Virus record (IMG/VR): IMGVR_UViG_3300033066_001917
Span: 128,001-192,000 of that record
DNA from: a virus
Taxonomy: Duplodnaviria; Caudoviricetes
Length of the DNA stretch: 64,000 nucleotides
Reading direction: 5' to 3' (one strand)
Below the pieces are notes generated by a model that worked only from the letters and a program-made list of their open reading frames with translations, made no database searches and was not told the origin of the DNA. The translations under genes and the position numbers were made by a program. Of the stretch, positions 44,796 through 54,612 are shown one piece after another; positions within the stretch are counted from its first letter, which is position 1, and each line of letters opens with the position of its first letter.

Positions 44796-44801
44796 GTAAT
44801 G

Positions 44802-45188
44802 CTAACTCCTTGATCGAACGGATCGGGGCCATGTTTTGACCTTTTCCAAACCGTCGTATTCATCAATGTCCCAGTTGTACCCTGGAGCAACATAAAAAAC
44901 ACGTAACCTAGCGCATTCTCCGTTAGCGTCTTTCCCCAATTCTTCGATGCACTCCACCACAAGTGGATCGTCACGATCTACCTCATGGAGGTACCAGTTT
45001 GAAGGATTAGGATCCTGAGCCATCACGGCCAAAGACTGAGGGTGACCCTTGGCAGCAAGCCATTCGATGGCTTGGACGCTTAGACCGAAGCCACCGTATT
45101 CGCTGTTGCCAACTACTTTTGGCACAACTGCATTACGAACTAAGCTGATGATCCGGTACTGACAGATATTGTAAGACAAGGGGTACAA
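44802..45188 (-). CDS. conserved phage protein (true start probably ~45135)
   Basis: YGGFGLS...RDDPLVVECIEELG...IDEYDGLE. Confidence 0.7.
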   Translation of the reverse strand: MYPLSYNICQYRIISLVRNAVVPKVVGNSEYGGFGLSVQAIEWLAAKGHPQSLAVMAQDPNPSNWYLHEVDRDDPLVVECIEELGKDANGECARLRVFYVAPGYNWDIDEYDGLEKVKTWPRSVRSRS

Positions 45189-45672
45189 TCGGACGGATGG
45201 TATCCACCAGAAGTTGAACTCTGGGGGTTCCCGTTAGGTGACTATGTGGATTTTTGGGATCACACCCGTGACGTTCGGCATACACGTCCCCCCATGTCAG
45301 TTTCCTCTCCTTGGATACCCTGTCTTCCCATTCCCGATAAATGGTACCGGGGACTACAACCGAGGGTCCGGTAACCATCAGTTCTTTTTCATTGGGAAAA
45401 ATAATGTGGAAAACCGGAAAGTCCACCACTCTACCATCCAAGTTTTGTTGGATTCCATTCTCTATTGCCGTATAGAAGGCACCATGTACCCTGCATTGAT
45501 CTCTGGCCCCAATACATCGGCTGCGAGCACCCTCAAAAGTTTCTGATCCATAGGGGCCTTCGGGTACAAAAGAGAATACTTTTACACCTCGAATCTCTGG
45601 ATCTAACGCTTCAAAGGCGATTTTATGCGCCCGGATTTTGATGGGGGACTCGGATCCAACGACAAAAATCAT
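45133..45672 (-). CDS. YjjX/DUF84-like non-canonical purine NTPase
   Basis: VGSESPIK...P.GSETFEGARSR...AIENG. Confidence 0.75.
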   Translation of the reverse strand: MIFVVGSESPIKIRAHKIAFEALDPEIRGVKVFSFVPEGPYGSETFEGARSRCIGARDQCRVHGAFYTAIENGIQQNLDGRVVDFPVFHIIFPNEKELMVTGPSVVVPGTIYREWEDRVSKERKLTWGDVYAERHGCDPKNPHSHLTGTPRVQLLVDTIRPIVPLVLQYLSVPDHQLSS

Positions 45673-46394
45673 GATTTGCCCTTGGGGAACTGGACAAAGG
45701 CCCGATCGAAGCTCTTATGGCTTTTGTCCCAAGAGGGAAAGGTGGCTTTCAACTCGACAAGCAGCTTATGGAGGTAGTGGATCTCCGGGGTATCCCTTTC
45801 CTCAACGGGGATGTTCGACAGAGAATCCGTAATTGTCCACAGAAGGGAGGGGATCGCAAAAGGCTTCTGAATGAAAAGCTCTGCTCGATTCCACATAGCC
45901 AAGGGAGCCGTGTAGAAAAACAGATGGATTAGAGCCCCATATTGACTCTGCTCCATGCCAGCCTCTAGTCGGTCGTAGATATACAAAGCCCGTTCGGCAA
46001 TTCCCGGACACTCAACTTTTGCATGGAACATTGCGGACTCGGCTAGGTAAACGCGATGCCAATGTTCTGGTGTCTTTGGAAGATCAAATCCGGATAGCAT
46101 TTCCTTAGCCGTATCCAGTTCGGACTCACGATCCCAAGGACAGAAGCCAGCAACCAGATCTCTTAACTCAATTAGCGTGGGGGACCGAAAGTTGCCCTGG
46201 AACTCTCCAGTTTTGTTCCGAATAAGCAATCCCTCGAAAATGCGAATCCCAGCCGGTGCGTTATCAATTCCGAGACTAGCAAACGACACGGCACCATTGA
46301 ACATGCGGTCAAAAGTGTCACTGTTATGGCACAAAAGATTCGATGTTCTACGTCCACCCCCCACGGAGGTAGCAATTGCAACTAGGAGTGGCAT
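45669..46394 (-). CDS. hypothetical protein
   Basis: Coupled ORF. Confidence 0.6.
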   Translation of the reverse strand: MPLLVAIATSVGGGRRTSNLLCHNSDTFDRMFNGAVSFASLGIDNAPAGIRIFEGLLIRNKTGEFQGNFRSPTLIELRDLVAGFCPWDRESELDTAKEMLSGFDLPKTPEHWHRVYLAESAMFHAKVECPGIAERALYIYDRLEAGMEQSQYGALIHLFFYTAPLAMWNRAELFIQKPFAIPSLLWTITDSLSNIPVEERDTPEIHYLHKLLVELKATFPSWDKSHKSFDRAFVQFPKGKS

Positions 46395-46406
46395 TGAAAA
46401 AATCTT

Positions 46407-46817
46407 TCAGGGAATGCGAACGGTGCAGCTCTTGTAATACCCGCAACACACCAAGACTGTCACGGGAGACCCTGCGGGGTTCGTTGTGTTAACAGTGGCA
46501 CCGTAGGTGTCTCCGGTCCCACACCCATTGGTACGGGCCGTGAATTGGAATTCTTCGGTGATATTGCACCCACTGAACCCGGCGGTGCGAACGGTGCGAC
46601 AGGTTCGCTCGGGACCATTGTCATCACAGCCGAGGGGGAGGAGAAGGAGGGTTAGAAGAATGAGATTTTTCATGGATTCTCTTACTGGAAAGGGGATCAA
46701 ATTGGGCTCAAAATACTTTAGTGGTGTTGGTTTTGAAGACGAAACTACACGGCCCAACAACCCCCAAAATATCCACCATCGATTTTTCAAGGTCGGATCC
46801 GGAAGACAAAAAACCAT
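46407..46817 (-). CDS. small Cys-rich lipoprotein (true start probably MKNLILL, ~46673)
   Basis: LLLLPLGC lipobox; VCCGYYKSCTVR. Confidence 0.6.
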   Translation of the reverse strand: MVFCLPDPTLKNRWWIFWGLLGRVVSSSKPTPLKYFEPNLIPFPVRESMKNLILLTLLLLPLGCDDNGPERTCRTVRTAGFSGCNITEEFQFTARTNGCGTGDTYGATVNTTNPAGSPVTVLVCCGYYKSCTVRIP

Positions 46818-46938
46818 CCCGAACGTGGATGACTACCACGGGGGATCCATCTTCGTCTACTTCGATGTCAAGGCCAGACACGAACGGTAGAACTTCGAGA
46901 ATCTCCCACACCCTATCCGAAACTTCCGATGAAAGCAT
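46708..46938 (-). CDS. hypothetical protein
   Basis: Follows DUF4419 stop. Confidence 0.45.
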   Translation of the reverse strand: MLSSEVSDRVWEILEVLPFVSGLDIEVDEDGSPVVVIHVRDGFLSSGSDLEKSMVDILGVVGPCSFVFKTNTTKVF

Positions 46939-46942
46939 GTAT

Positions 46943-47968
46943 TCACTCTTGAGTTAGAACCGCCCACCCAAGAGCGGGCCGCATTGCCAGTGTGTGAGGG
47001 TCTTGAGAAGTACCAACGAACCCACCCGCGAACTCCATCTTGAATGTCTGGTCAAAATACTTCCAGACGAAAGGAGCAAGGGTCATGCTCGGAGGAAACG
47101 AACTAGAGGTGGGCCCGGACCAAGGATTTGAAGGGTCCTTTAGCGCGGAAAATTCATTTTTCTTGTAGTATTTCCCATTTCTTGACCTTTCCAAGAGATA
47201 AGGGAAAAACGCCGTCACCCACCCGCTGATTCTATCCCCACCACTTGCTTGGTGGAGTTTATAGAGATTCTTCCAGAACCGAGCATCGGCCGAACCCTCT
47301 GACGCCTTGACGAACTGATCCAGGATGGGGAGAAGGTGAGTGGTCCACCACCCAAGATCATACTCGGCTAGGACTTCAGCCTTAGCACGAACCTTCTGCC
47401 AATCTTCTGGGGTACCTAGCAAAGTGATGCTGGGGATTCCGCATTTGGTATGAACCTCGTATGCAAAGTACCCCTGCATTGCTCCCATGAGAACGATCTC
47501 GGATGCTGCCCTCTCTACGAGTCCCGTCGTGGAGAAGTCCGAAACAATGGCGTCTCTTTTCTTCCCAATGTAGCCCGAAATTTGTTCACTGAACTCAGAA
47601 AAGCACCCCGGCCAGTCGTTGAGGTGGCTACCCTTCACGAAATTGTCCCGGCGGACAATGAGCGTAGCCTTCCCATCGTGGGACACGAATTGGTTTCGCA
47701 GAGCTTCGACATTCTGGTTGACATGGGTTGCAAACCCTTGAGCAATCACCGTCCACACATCATCCGGGCTGAGAGTCAGTGGGAAATGGTATGCATAAGC
47801 AAGATGCATAGCTTCCACAAACGGATTGGTGTTGGTTCCCACCAGATTGGGATGGGTAGAGGAAGCTTCTACCCCCTTTAGCCCCATCACCCCCAAAGAT
47901 TGTTGAAGGCCCTCAACGGGGAGGGGGTTTTTACACAAACTGACCTTATCTACGGGGAAGGTTACCAT
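46943..47968 (-). CDS. DUF4419 domain protein
   Basis: AYAYHFPLTLSPDDVW...FVSHDGK...CGIPSITLLGTPEDW. Confidence 0.88.
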   Translation of the reverse strand: MVTFPVDKVSLCKNPLPVEGLQQSLGVMGLKGVEASSTHPNLVGTNTNPFVEAMHLAYAYHFPLTLSPDDVWTVIAQGFATHVNQNVEALRNQFVSHDGKATLIVRRDNFVKGSHLNDWPGCFSEFSEQISGYIGKKRDAIVSDFSTTGLVERAASEIVLMGAMQGYFAYEVHTKCGIPSITLLGTPEDWQKVRAKAEVLAEYDLGWWTTHLLPILDQFVKASEGSADARFWKNLYKLHQASGGDRISGWVTAFFPYLLERSRNGKYYKKNEFSALKDPSNPWSGPTSSSFPPSMTLAPFVWKYFDQTFKMEFAGGFVGTSQDPHTLAMRPALGWAVLTQE

Positions 47969-47989
47969 GCCATGCCTTACTGTTCTGGG

Positions 47990-48577
47990 CTAGTAATATA
48001 GCTTGCGGAAATTTCGATGTTTTTCAGTTCGGGCTCGGTCTACCTTCCAAATCATGAGTGGGTTGGGGGATTTAGACCCACGGTAAACGAAGGTCTCACC
48101 ATTAGCGTTTTTACCCGTCATGAGTACCATTTGTGTGACGCCAATAGAAAGGGCTTTTTCCCCCAGTTTCCGGGCCTCATCTTCTGACCGAACGGTCAGG
48201 GAGAATGGCCACCGAGAACCGGGCAGAAGCATTGTTACCTCCGACCCGTGGGGAAAATGATGGCTTTTCATCTTCTCCAGGGATGTGATGAAGTTCGTCA
48301 CCTCTTGACGAACTTTCCCCGGCTTGGGCTCCATACTAATAGCTTCGTTGGCGAGAGCCACGAGCTCCGAGCTAGGATTATGAACCCGCATGGAGTCAGG
48401 AAGGGTCTCCCAGTTTTTGCGGATAGCCCGACCACGAACGGGTACCCCATATCGGGTTACCTCCCGGAAAGGATATCGAGTGTAGGAGTATCGATGGGAG
48501 GGAGGGTCCTCAAGAGGGGCATCACTGGTCTGTACGAAAACGGACTGCCGGACTTGAAATAGATCGCCTTTTGCCAT
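47990..48577 (-). CDS. hypothetical protein
   Basis: AAGGAG RBS before MAKGDL. Confidence 0.6.
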   Translation of the reverse strand: MAKGDLFQVRQSVFVQTSDAPLEDPPSHRYSYTRYPFREVTRYGVPVRGRAIRKNWETLPDSMRVHNPSSELVALANEAISMEPKPGKVRQEVTNFITSLEKMKSHHFPHGSEVTMLLPGSRWPFSLTVRSEDEARKLGEKALSIGVTQMVLMTGKNANGETFVYRGSKSPNPLMIWKVDRARTEKHRNFRKLYY

Positions 48578-48594
48578 GTTGATACTCTCCTTCC

Positions 48595-48680
48595 GGACGC
48601 AGATGGTGGAGTCGAACCACCACAATACCCCACACACCCTGGCGGGCGACTCACCGGAGTCCTTTTCGTTGGGATCTGCG
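48595..48680 (-). ncRNA. isolated tRNA-like RNA without canonical anticodon arm
   Basis: CGCAGAT/ATCTGCG acceptor, GGTGG-TTCGACT-CCACC T arm. Confidence 0.65.
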
Positions 48681-48690
48681 ATAGGGGCAA

Positions 48691-49086
48691 TCACCCCTGA
48701 TTCATGCAATCACTACAAATGCAAGAGTAAGCGACCCCGGGACAGGGGGCAAGACACCATTCACACTCGTTGATCTCAGGATCCCGAAGGCACTTCGGAC
48801 AAACAGACCAAGGATGGTCCGTCTCTTCACCACAAACGGTACACGGAACAACGATTTCCATGGGATTCATTGTGAGAGCCCGAAGGAGACCCGGGGAAAC
48901 ATCCACATGCTGGCGTGTGAAGGACTCCTCAAGGTCAAGGAAACCGTCACCAAGGTCTTGGCGAATCGTCAAAACCGTGCCCTTGGAGAAAACCTCCCGA
49001 TACACAGCCTTGATTGACCCATTGACCGTCTTCCCACACCACTGGTAGAGAGGATATGTTAGGGTCGTAACGTCTCCCGTGTTCAT
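48691..49086 (-). CDS. hypothetical Cys-rich protein
   Basis: Coupled ORF. Confidence 0.5.
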   Translation of the reverse strand: MNTGDVTTLTYPLYQWCGKTVNGSIKAVYREVFSKGTVLTIRQDLGDGFLDLEESFTRQHVDVSPGLLRALTMNPMEIVVPCTVCGEETDHPWSVCPKCLRDPEINECEWCLAPCPGVAYSCICSDCMNQG

Positions 49087-49325
49087 ACCTCAAACTCCTG
49101 ATGGGGGGCCCAACCGTCGCCCTCGCCCGGATAATAGACCCGGCTATCGAGATACAGAGTCCCGGTGTGACTGATGGCTACACAATTAGCCGTCACAACC
49201 CCTGGGCGAATCAGAGTTGGATTGTGAACAGAAACACCCTTTGACCGAAGATTATCGATCCTGGAACGGATTTCCTTCTTATCCATCTCAGTGATTGACC
49301 GGCCCGTTTCATTGATGAGAACCAT
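49083..49325 (-). CDS. hypothetical protein
   Basis: GAGG RBS; coupled. Confidence 0.55.
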   Translation of the reverse strand: MVLINETGRSITEMDKKEIRSRIDNLRSKGVSVHNPTLIRPGVVTANCVAISHTGTLYLDSRVYYPGEGDGWAPHQEFEV

Positions 49326-49370
49326 AAGTACCTCACAACCTCTTACGGAGCATGGCTTGCTTTTGGTTGG

Positions 49371-49682
49371 TTAGAAATGAAGGCAGAGACCGATCCGGCC
49401 CTCGATCGTTTCGACGAGGTTGTCGCAGTACACATCCTCCACGCACCCCATATCATCCCATTTGGCCGAGCACCGAATTCGGTAGAAGTTGACCGTGTAG
49501 GTATCCAGGGGAGTGAGGGTCACCTTGAAGCAGTTGATCCCATCCTTCCCATGGGCCTTGAACTTGACCCGAACGGAGGACTCATCTCCTGCAAACTGGG
49601 TCACGCCCAGAAGCGCCCCCACGAGACCCTGACCACCCAGTTGACGAAGGATCGTATGCGCGACGGTCATATCAGTAGCCAT
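49371..49682 (-). CDS. conserved phage protein
   Basis: TILRQLGG...DTYTVNF...VYCDNL; AGGAG RBS. Confidence 0.7.
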   Translation of the reverse strand: MATDMTVAHTILRQLGGQGLVGALLGVTQFAGDESSVRVKFKAHGKDGINCFKVTLTPLDTYTVNFYRIRCSAKWDDMGCVEDVYCDNLVETIEGRIGLCLHF

Positions 49683-49698
49683 GGTGAACTCCTACTTT

Positions 49699-50151
49699 TC
49701 AGGGACTGCCAGTGATCTTCGAGAAACTGGTTGCGATTTCCTTGGTGATGCGATCGATCATGCCGGACTTGACAGCGGCATTGAAAACCTTCTCACTCCG
49801 ATTGGCCATCCACCACTGCGTTCGGATGTGGCCCTCAGCCATTTGGGGGAAGGAATCCTTCCACGTAAAATTGGGACCGCGCATCCCGGGCTCGGCTAAA
49901 CGGATTGCATGGCTCTGCGCCACGAGGGTGGCGAACTGTTCGATGTTGAGCATAATCAATCCTCGCCGCGCGAGCGGGTCAGGGACATCTTCGAACCGCC
50001 GCGCTCGGAGCGGCGGTCCTTCATGGGACCACCCTTGCAGTGGTTGAGCATCGCAACGACCATGCCGTTGCGCGGGGCGTGAGACTTCTTGGAGTTCTTC
50101 ATGGCTTCGTTTCCCTTCGACTTTATATCGGTTGACAACCGCGGGAAACAA
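49699..50151 (-). CDS. hypothetical protein (true start probably MLNIEQF, ~49953)
   Basis: GAGGA RBS. Confidence 0.45.
   Translation of the reverse strand: MFPAVVNRYKVEGKRSHEELQEVSRPAQRHGRCDAQPLQGWSHEGPPLRARRFEDVPDPLARRGLIMLNIEQFATLVAQSHAIRLAEPGMRGPNFTWKDSFPQMAEGHIRTQWWMANRSEKVFNAAVKSGMIDRITKEIATSFSKITGSP
49956..50138 (-). CDS. small basic protein
   Basis: Follows CGATATA motif; KGGPMKDRR. Confidence 0.5.
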   Translation of the reverse strand: MSTDIKSKGNEAMKNSKKSHAPRNGMVVAMLNHCKGGPMKDRRSERGGSKMSLTRSRGED

Positions 50152-50185
50152 CCGGATTTGAGATTTTTGTTGGTGTGTGCCCCAG

Positions 50186-50383
50186 TTAGTACCGACCCGA
50201 AAGGAACTCCCGGTATTCGCTCACGGACATCAGGGGATCAGGGCGCAGTCCAGAGATGCGGTTGAGGGGTCGGGAATACATCGCCTCCCGAACTTCGCTT
50301 GGAGAAGCGTATCCCCACCGATCCGAAGCCGGGGATCCCTCATAGTTACGGGCGCTGGGGTAGTCACGGGTCATTGCACTCAC
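50186..50383 (-). CDS. hypothetical protein
   Basis: Follows CAATATA variant motif. Confidence 0.5.
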   Translation of the reverse strand: MSAMTRDYPSARNYEGSPASDRWGYASPSEVREAMYSRPLNRISGLRPDPLMSVSEYREFLSGRY

Positions 50384-50471
50384 CGTTTCCCTTCAACCTT
50401 ATATTGATTGAGACAGACGAAAACCTACTTCTGAGGCCAATTTTTGATGGTGTATTACGGACTGGGAGGTT

Positions 50472-50918
50472 TTATGGTGGTGTTATTTTTGCGAGAAAAC
50501 GAGCCGCTACTTTTTTTTCATCGGCTGAGTCCATTTGCTTTTTGATTTTCTCAGCCCACGCTTTCCCTGGATCCCCACCCCAAATAAGCCATGCCACATT
50601 ACCCTTGTCGTTCCACGGGGCTTTTCTATGCTCCGGCGAAACCCCCTTATTTTTCTCGTGTCTGGAGAAAAATGCTATCATTTGCCGAATAACCTCGGGT
50701 GATATGTTGTCACGATTTTTTAGGTTCACGGCTCTCTGAACCCCACTACCGATGCCCTGCTCTGCTGCTTCGGAAGGGGTTAACCCACCTTTGTTGGAAG
50801 GGGAAGCTTTCGCCCGATATTCCAAACCTTTGGTAGCAGCATCTGCCACGGCTTGGGGGGGTTTGAAATCAATGTGCTTATACTTCTCGGGCACGGAAGC
50901 GGTAAAAGAAAAAGCCAT
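50472..50918 (-). CDS. phage head-morphogenesis-associated domain protein
   Basis: PP..V...A.KGL...GVQRA...FFSRHE...AWLIWGGDPG.AWA. Confidence 0.65.
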   Translation of the reverse strand: MAFSFTASVPEKYKHIDFKPPQAVADAATKGLEYRAKASPSNKGGLTPSEAAEQGIGSGVQRAVNLKNRDNISPEVIRQMIAFFSRHEKNKGVSPEHRKAPWNDKGNVAWLIWGGDPGKAWAEKIKKQMDSADEKKVAARFLAKITPP

Positions 50919-50942
50919 TGATCCAAATCAACAATAAAACGG

Positions 50943-51551
50943 TTAGTGCCATCGTATGGGTTTCAGGTCTCCGGATAGATATAACGGGTGTCCCGGATAC
51001 CCCTCTTTGGTTAGTATGAGATAGTGAAGAGGGTGGTGCTTGAGCATATCGACCACCACCAGTCCTCTCCCCCGATGCGAAGCATGTGCCCCCATGCCGC
51101 ACAGAATGATTCCACCCTCCGATATTATCTCCTCGGCATACTTGAGAATGTACGAATCGGATTCGGAATCATCCCCGGGAGAAGAAGAAGCCTTCATGTC
51201 TTTTGGGCTTGTGGCTTTTATGCTAAAAGCATTAACAACCACAAGACCCCCAAATCCCCACGCTTGAGTGTAGGCAATACACTTACGGAGGGTTGGATCG
51301 TTGCGGCTTTCGTCTGCTGTTGACGGATTGAGCAAAACCCACAGCACCCTTGGTCCTGGTGCCCATCGTCGAAAGAGAGCATACCTACGGGTTCTGTCCG
51401 CATTGTGAATAGCATCACTTTTGTGGTTTGAACCAACGTCAAACAGATCCTCAAGATTCAAAGTGCCACCCCCGAACTCGACAGGCACCATTGACAAATT
51501 GAATTCCCCAACGGTAGTCACCCGTGCCTCCCTCTTCGTGGATGTGACCAA
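50943..51551 (-). CDS. DUF1643 domain protein (start uncertain)
   Basis: RYAL.RRW...LLNPSTAD...DPT...LTKEGYPGHPLY. Confidence 0.88.
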   Translation of the reverse strand: MVTSTKREARVTTVGEFNLSMVPVEFGGGTLNLEDLFDVGSNHKSDAIHNADRTRRYALFRRWAPGPRVLWVLLNPSTADESRNDPTLRKCIAYTQAWGFGGLVVVNAFSIKATSPKDMKASSSPGDDSESDSYILKYAEEIISEGGIILCGMGAHASHRGRGLVVVDMLKHHPLHYLILTKEGYPGHPLYLSGDLKPIRWH

Positions 51552-52086
51552 AGAAATGCATACGAACAGTATGACCCCCGGCCTCTAGTAGCCTACGAGC
51601 ACCCATAAGGCCCCAGGATTGGTTGACACCACATAACACACCTGAAGGCGGAGCATGTGTGACAAGGATCTGAGGTTTAGAAGCCAAAGACCGAACTGTC
51701 ATTTCTTCCAAGCCCATTTGATCCATCTCTAATGGAGTCTCACCAAAACCTGCCCATCTTACCCCCAGAAGATCGAACCCTTTTGGTGTGATAGTGTAGG
51801 TTGGATGGATGTGCTCCATGTACTTGTGTAGGTCCACGCCATCGTGATTCCCCATGCACGTGATCAGAGGAATACCATCCAATTTCCTGAGGATTGCATC
51901 CTTATTCTTGTGGAACCACTGTTTTTGATAGAGCTTCGTTTTCTCACGGGGGGCACTCCCAATATACGGATCCAAGGGGAAATCTGGGAAAAGATCCCCG
52001 GTGTTGAGCCACACATCGGGTTTCCCCTCGAAAGCCAGAAAATGCCTTAGATTCCCGTGTAAATCGGAAAGGTGGGCTATAAGCAT
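51451..52086 (-). CDS. calcineurin-like metallophosphoesterase
   Basis: SDLHG, TGD, GNHD, THAPP, GHIHE. Confidence 0.88.
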   Translation of the reverse strand: MLIAHLSDLHGNLRHFLAFEGKPDVWLNTGDLFPDFPLDPYIGSAPREKTKLYQKQWFHKNKDAILRKLDGIPLITCMGNHDGVDLHKYMEHIHPTYTITPKGFDLLGVRWAGFGETPLEMDQMGLEEMTVRSLASKPQILVTHAPPSGVLCGVNQSWGLMGARRLLEAGGHTVRMHFFGHIHEEGGTGDYRWGIQFVNGACRVRGWHFES

Positions 52087-52121
52087 GATCTTTATTTACA
52101 CCATCCGTTAAGACAGTTCTT

Positions 52122-52673
52122 TCATGGATGGACCAACCCTTTAGTTCGTTGGTAAATTGCGAATTTTACCACCCCATAGTTTGGATCCGTTGAATTATCT
52201 AAATGCAGAATATCCCACTCTTCCGGTGGTAAGATGGGAAAAAATACATCCCCCATCATCTCCCGATCTGCCAACGTCGTGAGGTACACACGACTGACAA
52301 TAGGAAGAGTTTGCTGGTAAATTTGGCCCCCCCCGATTACCATAATCTCTGGGTGCCACCCGGAGTGGACTAATCTAGGAATTGTGTCCCATACGGCTTC
52401 ACCTAGAGATCCAACAACCTCACCATGTTCCGCCACTTTTGCCGATTGGTCAGGATCTCCATCCCAAGTGCTGGATACAACAAGGTGGTATCGGTGAACA
52501 AGAGGGCGAGGCAGAGATTCGTAGGTTGTTCGGCCCATGAGGCAAATTTTGCCCACGGTCAACATTCGAAACCTTTTCATATCCGCGGGTATACTCCACG
52601 GAATACCCCCCTTAGCTCCAATACCTCTCGTTGCGTCCTGAGCGGCGATGGCGGAGAAGGTGTGGATGTTCAC
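52122..52673 (-). CDS. folA: dihydrofolate reductase
   Basis: GIG..G.IPW.IPADM..F...MGRTTYESL...IGGGQIY...GDVFFP. Confidence 0.92.
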   Translation of the reverse strand: MNIHTFSAIAAQDATRGIGAKGGIPWSIPADMKRFRMLTVGKICLMGRTTYESLPRPLVHRYHLVVSSTWDGDPDQSAKVAEHGEVVGSLGEAVWDTIPRLVHSGWHPEIMVIGGGQIYQQTLPIVSRVYLTTLADREMMGDVFFPILPPEEWDILHLDNSTDPNYGVVKFAIYQRTKGLVHP

Positions 52674-53209
52674 CTAAACTCCTTGCAGTCTCTAAGAATG
52701 TCCTGAAAAACGGAATGGAGAATTGGGCTAGCGCGAACCTCTTGCCGATAGAATTCCAGAGAGTCGTAGATGTCTGACTTATATTTAGCCGTCATCAGAC
52801 CATGAGTAGCAAGGATAGCAGCCTTTACTTTTGCACCGCAGGAATAGGCAAACTTCGCCGCCTCCAAATGCAGCCTGGAATTCTCTTCCAGGGTTTCTAG
52901 GGCCTTCTCTCCGGCCATCATACGGAATCGGAAGTTGCCTTTGACAGATGCGTCCTCCCACCAATCTTTCGTCAGCGGCAAAAGATAGAAATGGGGATGC
53001 CTGTAAACAATCAGCTCGGATCCGGAAACGTCACCCACATCTATCGGTGTAAGTGGAGTTATGTAACCCACGTACCGATCTAACTCTGCGACATTAATAC
53101 TACGTCCGTCAAACGTAAACCAACGGTCACTCTCACCATCGGAAAATATAGGAGTGAGGGCACCAAAAGCTCCGGGTACAGGAGTACCATCAAAACCGAC
53201 TAGCAACAT
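52670..53209 (-). CDS. hypothetical protein
   Basis: Coupled ORF. Confidence 0.55.
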   Translation of the reverse strand: MLLVGFDGTPVPGAFGALTPIFSDGESDRWFTFDGRSINVAELDRYVGYITPLTPIDVGDVSGSELIVYRHPHFYLLPLTKDWWEDASVKGNFRFRMMAGEKALETLEENSRLHLEAAKFAYSCGAKVKAAILATHGLMTAKYKSDIYDSLEFYRQEVRASPILHSVFQDILRDCKEFR

Positions 53210-53211
53210 AC

Positions 53212-53631
53212 TTACACCACGACAATCTTACGAGCCTGTGGGCAAGGTGGGTGGACTCTGAGGTCTACCAACTCATTCCGTGGGTGGAGAAGTTCGAAAT
53301 CGGTTTCCTTTTCGTAGAATTGATCGAACACATCCGAACCACCCTTGCCCGTGATGATGACATTACGAAGGTAATGATAGTCTGCCCAGAACATCCTAGA
53401 GTAGTAGACCAGATCCTCTGAGGAAACAGGGGATCCATCTCGAATAGAATGGTGGATGAGAGCCAATCCAAGCTCCGCCGCCTCTCTCTCATGAGAGAGA
53501 AGAAGATACTCCTCCTCTTCGGACATGGATCCGGGCTGACGATATGGGTTTACAACTTCGATGGTGGTCAACGACCCGGGGGTTTCACCCGGACCCAAGC
53601 GCGCGCTGCTTGGATGGAACACGTGCCCCAT
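53212..53631 (-). CDS. hypothetical protein
   Basis: ATG just after tRNA-Leu CCA. Confidence 0.5.
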   Translation of the reverse strand: MGHVFHPSSARLGPGETPGSLTTIEVVNPYRQPGSMSEEEEYLLLSHEREAAELGLALIHHSIRDGSPVSSEDLVYYSRMFWADYHYLRNVIITGKGGSDVFDQFYEKETDFELLHPRNELVDLRVHPPCPQARKIVVV

Positions 53632-53634
53632 CGT

Positions 53635-53711
53635 TGGTGCTTGCAGAGGGACTCGAACCCTCACTGTCCAGATCCTAAGTCTGGTGCCTCCTGCCATTGG
53701 GCTATACAAGC
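53635..53711 (-). tRNA. tRNA-Leu(TAG), short variable loop
   Basis: CCAGA-CTTAGGA-TCTGG, CCA. Confidence 0.9.
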
Positions 53712-53837
53712 GTCGCGGTTTATTAGAGTTACATCACCGCAAGTTTTTTAATCACACTCTAACTTTGTTCCACAATATCAACGAGTAAGGTGTGGACAAG
53801 CCTTTACACTCGAGGTCGGATGATTCTAACCATCCGC

Positions 53838-53914
53838 GGTGCACACGGTGGGATTCGAACCCACACTGTCTAGTACCTCAAACTAGCGCCTCCTAACCTT
53901 TGGGCTACGTGTGC
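53838..53914 (-). tRNA. tRNA-Leu(GAG), short variable loop
   Basis: CTAGT-TTGAGGT-ACTAG. Confidence 0.9.
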
Positions 53915-53962
53915 TTCGTGAAGGTATTACGATTCAGTGAAGAGGGTGGTTCGATAAAACGA

Positions 53963-54574
53963 TTAACGATTCAATTTTCCCCACCATGCATCCGGATATT
54001 GCCACGAAACCTCCCAAATACGGGGGGATGACGCCAGACACCGAGTCTTACATTCCTGGATTTTAGGCTCCAGAACTTCCATCCACCGATCGATCCCCTG
54101 AAGTCTATCCCTCAGGTATCCGCCCAGACCCACCCACTCTAGGCATCTCAGAACCCCCTCCAGTATGTCCCGACGTTCGGCGAGAAAGAAGAGATCCTCT
54201 GGATCCCCATCCCACGAAGCAAGTTCATCCATAAGAGCAAAAGCATCATTAACTGCAAGACCATCGGCACAACTGGAGAAGTCATCAGGAAGATTTTGTA
54301 CCCACTGACGAAGGTAAAAAGAAATATCCGTCCCTTCCATAATATGTTTGAGAGCTAATGCTTTCTCTTTTGGATTGGGAACCCACAGCCGGTACACCGT
54401 TCCGATAACGGAAAAAGTATACAGGGGGCACACGTCATGTTGCACCCTATCCGTGTGGTACTCTTGCGCAATCCACGGCGGGACCGAGAAACCTCCAGTT
54501 AGGGATTCAACCGGAGGGAGGTTGATAAGGGGGGTGGGAGCTGGAACCCAGTTTTTGAGGTCTTGGATGCTCAT
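53963..54574 (-). CDS. hypothetical protein
   Basis: AGGAGG RBS. Confidence 0.65.
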   Translation of the reverse strand: MSIQDLKNWVPAPTPLINLPPVESLTGGFSVPPWIAQEYHTDRVQHDVCPLYTFSVIGTVYRLWVPNPKEKALALKHIMEGTDISFYLRQWVQNLPDDFSSCADGLAVNDAFALMDELASWDGDPEDLFFLAERRDILEGVLRCLEWVGLGGYLRDRLQGIDRWMEVLEPKIQECKTRCLASSPRIWEVSWQYPDAWWGKLNR

Positions 54575-54612
54575 ACCTCCTCTAGACGCTCAGTTACGGA
54601 AGCACATGACAC

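Noticed and set aside
53713-53837. tRNA-associated theta (HDV-like) ribozyme
   Set aside because: No P3/L3 or catalytic J4/2 element could be placed.
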